Shown piece after piece: positions 26,793-34,111 of a stretch of 61,894 nt of DNA (positions within the stretch are counted from its first letter, which is position 1; every line of letters begins with the position of its first letter). Both the position numbers and the translations under genes were made by a program. This stretch comes from Planctomycetota bacterium. GTDB taxonomy: Bacteria > Planctomycetota > UBA8108 > SXIK01. Where the stretch lies: positions 1 through 61,894 of the forward strand of contig JACQVW010000404.1 in assembly GCA_016209535.1 (NCBI GenBank), given 5' to 3'. Below the pieces are notes generated by a model. That model made no database searches, was not told the origin of the DNA, and saw only the letters and a list, made by a program, of their open reading frames with translations.

Positions 26793-27392
26793 ATGCCCAG
26801 CTCGAGAGAAGAATCCCACGAGTTCGAGGAGGCGATGCTGCCGCATCTCGACGCCGTCTACCGGTTCGCCGTCTACCTCACGGGCAACGAGCCCGACGCC
26901 GAGGACCTCGTTCAGGAGACTTACCACCACGCCATGCGCCGCTTCGACCGCTTCCAGCCCGGCACGAACGCCAGGGCCTGGCTCTTTACCATAGCCAGGA
27001 ACTGCCGCATCGACCGTGCACGGCGGGAGTCCCGGGAGTCCCACTTTGCGGACATCGCGGACCTCGAGGAGACGCTCGACCTCGAGGACCGCAAGGCGAG
27101 CCCCGAGGCGCGCTTGGAGGACTGGGCGAGCCTGTCCATCGACGGCGAGGACGTCTTCTTCGACCTCTTCGGCGACGAGGTGAACCGGTTCCTCGCCGAG
27201 CTGCCCTCCGGTTTCCGGGCCGCCCTCCTCCTCTGCGACGTGGAGGGGCTCAGCTACCGCGAGATCGGCGAGGCGCTCGGCTGCCCCGTGGGCACCGTGC
27301 GCTCGCGGATCGCGAGGGCACGAGAGCACCTGAGGGTCAAGCTCTACGAGTATGCCAAGGGGCTCGGTTTCGTGAAGCACGGGGCGGGTTGA
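26793..27392 (+). CDS. ECF-type RNA polymerase sigma-70 factor
   Basis: 199 aa from ATG 26793 (GGGAGA upstream). Region 2 (EDLVQETYHHAM) and region 4 (LSYREIGEALGCPVGTVRSRIARAREHL). Confidence 0.85.
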   Translation: MPSSREESHEFEEAMLPHLDAVYRFAVYLTGNEPDAEDLVQETYHHAMRRFDRFQPGTNARAWLFTIARNCRIDRARRESRESHFADIADLEETLDLEDRKASPEARLEDWASLSIDGEDVFFDLFGDEVNRFLAELPSGFRAALLLCDVEGLSYREIGEALGCPVGTVRSRIARAREHLRVKLYEYAKGLGFVKHGAG

Positions 27393-27415
27393 TCCCGAGA
27401 GAGAGCGCGGAAGCC

Positions 27416-28228
27416 ATGGACTGCAAGCAAGCCCTCGAGAGGTTGCACGAGCTGGTGGACGGTGAGCTGCCCGGCCTCGCGGAGGAGGCCGTGCGCCAGC
27501 ACCTCGCCTCGTGCCCGGGCTGTTTCCGGACCCACGGAGGCCTCTCGAGCCTGAAGCGGCTCGTCCAGCAGAAGGTCAGGAAGCTCGCGCCGCCCCCGGC
27601 CTTGCTGTCCCGGGTCGTTCGGCGGCTCCGGAGGGGGACCGCGCCAGGCCGGTCGCGTCCCTGGGCGCGTGCTGCTCTGGCGGCAGGGCTGGCCTTCGCG
27701 ACCGTCCTCGGACTCAGCCTGGCGTTCGTCCTGCGGGGACCGAGGCTGGGGCACGCGGAGGCCTCCTCGGCCTGCGCCGATGCCTTCCGGAGCTTGCTCT
27801 CCGGCCTGGGAGCCTCGAGCCGGCCCGAGGGCTGGCAGGCGGACCTCCTCGGGGAGGTCCGGCGGGGGGCGGGGGTCCAGCTCGACCATGTGCCCGAGAT
27901 CCCCAACGCGGCGTACCTCGGCTGGCAGGTGGAGACCGTGAGCAGGGTGAAGACGATCCGCATGGACTTCAGGCCGCTCGAGGGAGCGAGGGACGGGATC
28001 GATGGAAGGAAGGCCGGCGCGGCCCTGATCTCGGTCTTCTTCCTGCCGCTCAAGAGCCTGCACCTGGAGCCTGTGTTCCTCGAGGAGCTCGAGAAGGGCC
28101 ATCCCTGCACGCGCTGCGTCGACATGAGGGACGGAAGCATCTTCTGCTTCCGGTCCCGGGGGTTCCTGCTCACCGTGGTCAGCACGGTGAGCGAGGAGGA
28201 GCTCCTGACGCGACACAGGCCCCGGTGA
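27416..28228 (+). CDS. membrane-spanning anti-sigma factor (zf-HC2)
   Basis: MDCKQALERL...HLASCPGC motif and one TM helix. ATG 27416 is preferred over TTG 27389. Confidence 0.7.
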   Translation: MDCKQALERLHELVDGELPGLAEEAVRQHLASCPGCFRTHGGLSSLKRLVQQKVRKLAPPPALLSRVVRRLRRGTAPGRSRPWARAALAAGLAFATVLGLSLAFVLRGPRLGHAEASSACADAFRSLLSGLGASSRPEGWQADLLGEVRRGAGVQLDHVPEIPNAAYLGWQVETVSRVKTIRMDFRPLEGARDGIDGRKAGAALISVFFLPLKSLHLEPVFLEELEKGHPCTRCVDMRDGSIFCFRSRGFLLTVVSTVSEEELLTRHRPR

Positions 28229-28401
28229 GCCCGCAAGACACCCAACAGGGAGGGGGAGGACGCGCCAGGTACAACAGGTACCGAACCCGACCGGCGGTTC
28301 TCCCCCTCCATTCCTCGCCCCGCGGACGCGGGGTCGGTGTGATGGTGTCGCGAGCGCGGACCGAGGCCGCCGGCGGGCTTGCCGGGACCCCTCGTTTCCC
28401 G

Positions 28402-28428
28402 GGAACTCGAGTGCCCCCCAGGACCGTT
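28402..28428 (+). promoter_or_regulatory. candidate ECF-type promoter GGAAC-N18-CGTT upstream of the YHS/selenoprotein genes
   Basis: GGAAC 28402-28406 and CGTT 28425-28428, in the 300-bp spacer after the anti-sigma gene. Confidence 0.35.
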
Positions 28429-28532
28429 GGAAGGAGAAAGAAGCGGAGGAACGGCCTCCGTCGTGCTGCAAGACGCTCGGATGCAGACCCTGCTCCCGGC
28501 GCGTTCTGGACTTTCTGGAGGAAGGACCTGTC

Positions 28533-28847
28533 ATGCGATACCTCTTCACTGTGGTGGCCCTGGGCGTTCTTGCGAGCGGCTGCCGCGACCCGAAAAAAGT
28601 CGAGGTGCGGGAGCCTGCCGCCCACGGGCACCCTGGCTCCCAGGCGGCCTTGACCTGCCCGGTCTCGGGAGACCCGGCCAGGGAGGACGTCACCTACGTG
28701 CACGAGGGGAGGACGATCCACTTCTGCTGCGCGGACTGCATCGCGCCCTTCAAGAAGGACCCCGGGAAGTACCTGAGCGGGGGCGCGCCCGCAAGGGGCA
28801 AGGCTGCCCCCGGAGGCGCGTCCCGAGAGGGCAGCGGCGCAAAGTGA
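28533..28847 (+). CDS. YHS-domain lipoprotein (metal-binding)
   Basis: Lipobox LASGC. CPVSG...Y..EGRTIHFCCADCIAPFKKDPGKY matches the YHS/TRASH-type pattern. GGAGGAAGGA precedes the ATG. Confidence 0.7.
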   Translation: MRYLFTVVALGVLASGCRDPKKVEVREPAAHGHPGSQAALTCPVSGDPAREDVTYVHEGRTIHFCCADCIAPFKKDPGKYLSGGAPARGKAAPGGASREGSGAK

Positions 28848-28861
28848 GGAGAGCTCGACGG

Positions 28862-30388
28862 ATGTCAGTACCGACCACGCCTCGCACGCCCCTCTCGTGG
28901 CACCTGGTCCTGGCCACAGCCCTCCTGGCCCCTTGCATGGCACGCGGCGACGATCCGGCCGCCAAGGCTCGGCGCGCCATCGCGGATTTCCGCGCCGGCT
29001 TCAAGCCGGAGAAGAGCTACATGCGCCCGCTCGGCGACGAGGGCTGGAAGGCGCGCTTCACCGCGCTCGCGGACCTCGTCGCCTCCGGCGCGGCCTCCAC
29101 GCCGACGCTCCTCGAGGCCCTTGGAGAAGAAGATCCGGAGCTGCGAGTCTTCTCCGCGCAAGCCCTGTCCGTCACGGCCGATCCGCACGCGCTGCCGAGG
29201 CTCCTCGAGGCGGTGGAGAAGGACCCCGAGCCTGCCGTCCGGCTCTATGCCGCGGACGCCCTGGGAACCCTGGACGGCGCCGGGGCCCGCCAGGCCCTCG
29301 AGAAATCGAAGGCCGAGGACAAGAACGGCGACGTGCGGGCTCACGCCGGCTTCGCCCTCGAGCGGAAGGGGCGGGAGGCCCTCGAGGAGGTCCGCAAAGC
29401 GCTCGAGGGCTTCGACCCGAAGCGGCTGGCCGCCGCGAGGCTCGGCGAGCCAGCTCCGGACTTCACCCTACGGTCCCACGACGGCGCCGAGGTCGAGCTC
29501 AGGAGCTTCCGGGGCAAGAAGACCGTCATCCTCGTCTTCATCTACGGCGACACGTGACCCGTCTGCCACAAGCAGCTCGCGCAGTTGCGCGAGAGGAAAG
29601 GCGAGCTGGAGAATCTCGGGGCCCAGGTCCTCGTGATCGATCCGCACGAGTCCTACCGCGTGGCCCACATGCTGCGGAGCTCGGAGCGCGAGGGAGCGGG
29701 GGCCGGCTTCCCCGTGCTCGCCGATGCCGCCGGCGCCGTCAGCGCCTCCTACGGGGTGGCCATGCAGATGCGTATTCACGGGGAGCGCTCCAACCGCCCG
29801 GCGACCTTCGTGATCGACCGGGACGGCGCGATCCGGTTCCAGCAGCTTGCGACGACGTACTCCGACCGGCCTGCGCCCGAGAAGCTCATGGCCCTTGTCC
29901 GCCGCCTGGCGGGCGCTCCCCCGGAGCCGGAGCTCGAGGTGCGCGGCAAGGCGGAGACGCCGCCGGTGCGTCCTGGGCAAGCCGAGGCAGGTTTCACCCG
30001 CCAGCGCTTCCTCGAGGAGGTCTCCCGCTCGAAGATCGGCTACACGGTGGCCACGGTCTTCCACCCCGCATGCCCCGGCTGCCTCACCGAGGCCATCGCG
30101 CTCGCCGGGGTCGAGAAGGCGTGGGGCGAGCTCGGGGTCGGCATCTTGGGGCTCGCCGTGACGGCGCTCGAGGACCCGGTGCGCCGGTTCGTCAAGGCGT
30201 CCAAGGCAGGCTACCGCGTGGAGCTCGCTCCCTGGGCGCTTGAGGCGTTCGGGGTCAGGTTCTTCCCGACCCTGATCATCTTCGACAAGAAGGGCGAGGA
30301 GGTCTTCCGCGCCGCCGAGGACCACGAGGACCCGGTCGGGGCCGCGCGCGAGTTCCTGGAATCGAGGCTGAAGACGCGGGGGTCCTGA
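28862..30388 (+). CDS. candidate selenoprotein: signal peptide, HEAT repeats, redoxin domain with T-U-P-V-C (TGA 29555-29557 read as Sec), second thioredoxin-like domain (CPGC)
   Basis: The ORF stops at TGA exactly where redoxins carry the first Cys of CxxC (VILVFIYGDT*PVCHKQL). The same frame stays open to 30388. A hairpin lies 19 nt downstream. The downstream fragment has no ATG or SD of its own. Confidence 0.6.
29576..29593 (+). promoter_or_regulatory. SECIS-like stem-loop (CUCGCGC-AGUU-GCGCGAG) downstream of the in-frame UGA
   Basis: Perfect 7-bp stem and a 4-nt apical loop containing GU. The loop G is 29 nt 3' of the U of the UGA, within the spacing used for bacterial SECIS models. Confidence 0.4.
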
Positions 30389-30415
30389 TCCCCTCCGACC
30401 CCCGCCCCTTTCCTG

Positions 30416-30453
30416 GAGGACCGGGCGCCCCTCCGCGCCCGGTCCTCTTTCTC
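30416..30453 (+). terminator. intrinsic terminator-like hairpin (13-bp perfect stem GAGGACCGGGCGC / GCGCCCGGTCCTC, loop CCCTCC, then TTTCTCC)
   Basis: Read directly. Lies between the convergent genes ending at 30388 (+) and 30483 (-). Confidence 0.6.
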
Positions 30454-30803
30454 CGGCTCAATCTCGCCGAATCCGCACGGCACTAGGGGGACTCTCTCGC
30501 CTCAAAGCCCGCCTCCGCGACCGCCTTCATGATCGGCGAGGGCGCGGGCGGCCTTTTGGCGTCGAGCGTCAGGACCGCGCGCCCGTCCTGGAAGCTGACG
30601 ACAACCCTCTGGACGCCGGGGATGCCGGCGGGCTTCCTCTCGAGCTGGAGCGCGCAGGCCTCGCAGGTCATCCCGTCGATCCGGAGGGTCAGGACCCTCG
30701 TCGGGCCGGCGGCGGCCTTCTCGACGCGCGGCCGGCTCGAGAGGAGAAGGGGGGCGTAGTACGGGAACGAGGCGGCGGCAAGCGCTGCTGCGGCTGCGAT
30801 CCA
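30426..30803. repeat. direct repeat copy A (about 95% identical to 38128-38529): 3' part of an HMA-domain gene plus about 55 nt downstream
   Basis: Manual alignment of the two segments gives roughly 15 substitutions plus one indel block. Confidence 0.85.
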
Positions 30804-30872
30804 AAGGACAACGGATCCCTGGGCCCTGAGGTTCCAACAACCTGGAACCGACCGGCCTCTCTGAACGTTCAT
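30483..30872 (-). CDS. membrane-anchored heavy-metal-associated (HMA) domain protein, MerP/CopZ-like
   Basis: 129 aa from internal ATG 30872. One TM helix. GMTCEAC metal-binding motif. The C-terminal ~105 aa are near-identical to the end of the 38209-39345 product. Confidence 0.75.
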   Translation of the reverse strand: MNVQRGRSVPGCWNLRAQGSVVLWIAAAAALAAASFPYYAPLLLSSRPRVEKAAAGPTRVLTLRIDGMTCEACALQLERKPAGIPGVQRVVVSFQDGRAVLTLDAKRPPAPSPIMKAVAEAGFEARESP

Positions 30873-31228
30873 CGGATGCCCCTTGTTCGGCCAGACCCGA
30901 TGGGTCCTCGGTGCCAACCAGCCGCGTGGCACCGAGTTCCGAGCGGGGGGGAGCACGGGGAAAACGGTAACGCGTACCCCCAAGTGTGCCTCCTCCCCGC
31001 TTCTCTTGCTGGGGATAGGGCACAGACTGCCATCTACGGCGCGGCCAGAAGGGGTTCCGAGCGAGCCCGAGAGGAGATCCGGACCAACCGGCCCACTCGA
31101 GCTTAAAACGTAGCGGGAAGCAGTCGCGAGTTCTCACTTGTTGCGGATCTCGCGTGGGTGGAGAATGGTCCTCGGTACGCGTTCCCGGGAGCGCCGGGTT
31201 GAAGGCCGCGCTCGGAAGGAGAACCAGG

Positions 31229-33211
31229 ATGGGTCCCGAGGCTATCCCTGGGGCGTGCTGGGCGGCGGTCTGTCTTGACAGGAGAGGCGTCACGATCGTC
31301 TCAGGCCTCCTGTCGGCCCTTGCAATCCCTCTGCTCGCGCTGGGCCAGGTCGAGGAGGCGTGGATCGCTCACTGGCGTCCCCCCTTTGGCGGGGAGGATG
31401 TGCCCACGGATCTGGCGATTGACGCCGCTGGGAACCTCTACGTCGCCGGGACCTCGAGTGGAGACTACTTGGTCCTGAAGTACGACTCGAGCGGGAGACT
31501 GTCGTGGTGTAGGAGCTACGACGGGCCCGGCTTCGGCAACGGCGACGAGAGGCTGACGGCGATGGCGCTCGACCCGGAAGGCAATGTCGTCGTGACGGGG
31601 CAGGCCGCATCGAGCACGGCCCCCGGGTCGTTCGACTACACGACGATCAAGTACTCTCCCGGTGGCGATAAACTCTGGGTCGCCCGGCATCCAGGGCCTT
31701 CCTACGTTGCTCGCGTCGAGCTCGCGGTGGATCGGTCGGGCAACGTGTACGTCGCGGGGATCGCGGGCTCCGGCAGCACGGCAACGGACTTCGTGACCGT
31801 GAAGTACGGCCGCGACGGCAAGCCGCTCTGGGAGGCGCGCTACGATGGGCCCGAGGGGAAGATCGACGAGCCCAAGGCCATCGCCGTGGACGCCGGCGGG
31901 AACGTCCACGTGACGGGGTCGACCACGGAAGGGTTCTACCCCGTCGCTCGCCCGAGGAGCCAGTACGCGACCGTGAAGTATGACCCCGATGGGAATCTGC
32001 TCTGGGAGGCCGTCGCCGCCCATACTGACCCGGACGGGGTCCCTGCTGCCCTCGCGATCGACCGCGAGGGGAGCGTCATCGAGACCGGCCAGGCCGGGAC
32101 GGTGAAGTACGCCGCGGCGGGCAACCTGCTCTGGGCCTTGCCTCTCGGAGAGGGGGGAGCTTCCGGGCAGGCCGTGGCCGTCGACCGTCAAGGCAACGTG
32201 CTCGTGGCGGGGCCCGGTGGCGCGACGAAGTACTCGCCGGACGGAAAGGAGCTCTGGAAAGGCGATGCCGTGAAGGGTGTCCTGAGGCGCGCCCTCGCCC
32301 TCGACCCCGCGGGGGGCGTTTACCTTTCCGGCGTGCTGCCTGGTGTCGGGCCGGGGCTCGCGAAGTATGGGGCGGACGGCACCCTCGCCTGGACCGTCTC
32401 CTACGAGCTGCCGGGCGCGGCCCCGATAGCGCTCAGCGTGGGGCCTGCCGGGAGTGTGTTCACAGCCCTGACCTTTCAGGGTGATTACGGGACGTTCGCA
32501 CACGATCCGGAGGGGAAGCCGCTCTGGTCGGACCGCCACGATGGTCCCGCCGGGAAGGGCCGTGGCACCCAACCCTCGGCCGTCGCCCTGGACCCGCGAG
32601 GCGACATCGTCGTGGCAGGGCAAGCCGGCGGGGACATCGCCACCCTGAAGTACGACGCGGCGGGAAACCAGCTCTGGGTCGCGCGGATCGACAACCCCGA
32701 GGCTACGACCTTGCAGGAGCAGGTGGTCGCCCTCGCGGTCGCTCCCGACGGCAGCGTCCACGTCGCGGGGGAGACCTGGTCGTCCTGTGATTTCACAGGT
32801 TGTCTCGGTCTCGACTACGCCGTCGCGAAGTACGACTCCGCGGGCAAGCTATTGTGGCGGGACACCTACGACGGCCCGGCGGCGCCGAGCGACTCGCCGC
32901 GGGGCATCGCGCTCGACGGCGCGGGCAACGTGTACGTGACGGGAGGATCCATCAACGGTTTCTTGAATGTCGCCTCGGCCACGCTCAAGTATGACCCGGC
33001 CGGAAGCCTCATCTGGGTCGCGCGCCACATCGGAGCTGCCGCTACCGCTCTGGCGGTCGACGAGGTTGGGAACGCCTGGGTCGCCGCGAGCTCGAACCGG
33101 GCGGACGCCGAGTTGCCCGGCGCGGTCTGGAAGTACGATCCGCAAGGCAACCAGCTCTGGATCGCCTACCATGAAACTCGCGTACGCCTAAGTACAGCCG
33201 AATCGTCGTAA
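31229..33211 (+). CDS. SBBP-type beta-propeller repeat protein (probable 5' part of a disrupted SBBP-dockerin gene)
   Basis: GGAAGGAGAA upstream of ATG 31229. Signal-like N-terminus. About 12 repeats of AxD..GN.YV.G......D(Y/F).T.KY...G..LW. Confidence 0.7.
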   Translation: MGPEAIPGACWAAVCLDRRGVTIVSGLLSALAIPLLALGQVEEAWIAHWRPPFGGEDVPTDLAIDAAGNLYVAGTSSGDYLVLKYDSSGRLSWCRSYDGPGFGNGDERLTAMALDPEGNVVVTGQAASSTAPGSFDYTTIKYSPGGDKLWVARHPGPSYVARVELAVDRSGNVYVAGIAGSGSTATDFVTVKYGRDGKPLWEARYDGPEGKIDEPKAIAVDAGGNVHVTGSTTEGFYPVARPRSQYATVKYDPDGNLLWEAVAAHTDPDGVPAALAIDREGSVIETGQAGTVKYAAAGNLLWALPLGEGGASGQAVAVDRQGNVLVAGPGGATKYSPDGKELWKGDAVKGVLRRALALDPAGGVYLSGVLPGVGPGLAKYGADGTLAWTVSYELPGAAPIALSVGPAGSVFTALTFQGDYGTFAHDPEGKPLWSDRHDGPAGKGRGTQPSAVALDPRGDIVVAGQAGGDIATLKYDAAGNQLWVARIDNPEATTLQEQVVALAVAPDGSVHVAGETWSSCDFTGCLGLDYAVAKYDSAGKLLWRDTYDGPAAPSDSPRGIALDGAGNVYVTGGSINGFLNVASATLKYDPAGSLIWVARHIGAAATALAVDEVGNAWVAASSNRADAELPGAVWKYDPQGNQLWIAYHETRVRLSTAESS

Positions 33212-33230
33212 GTCGGTTTCATGTCTCAGG

Positions 33231-34082
33231 GTGCGCGCAGCGCATGGAAACTCACTCCCAGCGAGGCCCCATGCCGTGGCGCTGGACCAGCGCGGCAACG
33301 CGTTCGTGCTGGCCCTACGCTCGGTTTTGGCCGTCCAGGACGACCTGGTCGTGAAGTATGACCCGGACGGCCGGGAGCTCTGGTCGGCCATCGGAACGGC
33401 CTCCTTGGGATTGGAGGTGGATCGAGAAGGGAACGCCTACGTGCTGAGCCTGCCGGACAAGGATACCGCGGTCACGAAGTACAGTGGCGAGGGAAAGGCC
33501 CTCTGGACCGCCTTCCACGATCACGAGCGGGACTGGTTCGCTGCGATGGCTCTGGACCGTGATGGCAACCTCTACGTCGCGGGCTCATCGGCTCATGAGC
33601 ACACGATCCACCACCAGGTTCTCCTCAAGTACAACCCTGAGGGGGACCTGGTCTCGTCGGCGCACCGCGAAGTGCGCGTCTACGGGCGCGTCTCAGATCT
33701 GGCCCTCGGCCCCGAGGGCGACGTCTACGTCGCCGGGTCCGAGGACGGGGAGCTCGCCACGGTCAAGTACGTCCCGACAGGCCTGCGGAACGCGTTCGTC
33801 CGCAGCGACTGCAATGGCAACGGCGATCTCGGCGGAGTCACCGACGCGGTCTTCCTCCTCAGCTACAACTTCCACGGAGGCCCGGAGCCCCTTTGCCTCG
33901 CCGCCTGCGATGCCAACGGGGACGGACAGCTCACCGGTCAGGTGACGGACGCCGTCTATCTCCTCGCCTACAGCTTCCTCGGCGGTCTCGCGCCGCCCGA
34001 CCCGTTCCCAGCTTGCGGGCCAGGCCGCTCGCCAGCGGACGAGGCCCTGGGTTGCAGGCGGGCTCCGGAGGTGTGCCGGTGA
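33231..34082 (+). CDS. SBBP repeats plus C-terminal dockerin-like module (probable 3' part of the same disrupted gene)
   Basis: No signal peptide and a GTG start. The repeat phase continues that of the upstream ORF. C-terminal CNGNGDLGGVTDAVFLLSYNF and CDANGDGQLTGQVTDAVYLLAYSFLGG. Confidence 0.6.
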   Translation: MRAAHGNSLPARPHAVALDQRGNAFVLALRSVLAVQDDLVVKYDPDGRELWSAIGTASLGLEVDREGNAYVLSLPDKDTAVTKYSGEGKALWTAFHDHERDWFAAMALDRDGNLYVAGSSAHEHTIHHQVLLKYNPEGDLVSSAHREVRVYGRVSDLALGPEGDVYVAGSEDGELATVKYVPTGLRNAFVRSDCNGNGDLGGVTDAVFLLSYNFHGGPEPLCLAACDANGDGQLTGQVTDAVYLLAYSFLGGLAPPDPFPACGPGRSPADEALGCRRAPEVCR

Positions 34083-34111
34083 ACACAAGATCTCACGGAA
34101 GGACGACACCC

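Noticed and set aside
27389-27415. TTG 27389 (overlapping the sigma stop) as the anti-sigma start
   Set aside because: It is possible, but ATG 27416 gives the canonical MDCKQA... zf-HC2 N-terminus. It is kept as the alternative start.
28249-28309. The GGAGGGGGAG ... CTCCCCCTCC inverted repeat after the anti-sigma gene as a terminator or riboswitch
   Set aside because: The stem is 10 bp, but the loop is about 40 nt and no U-tract follows. This is not enough to call a terminator or a known riboswitch class.
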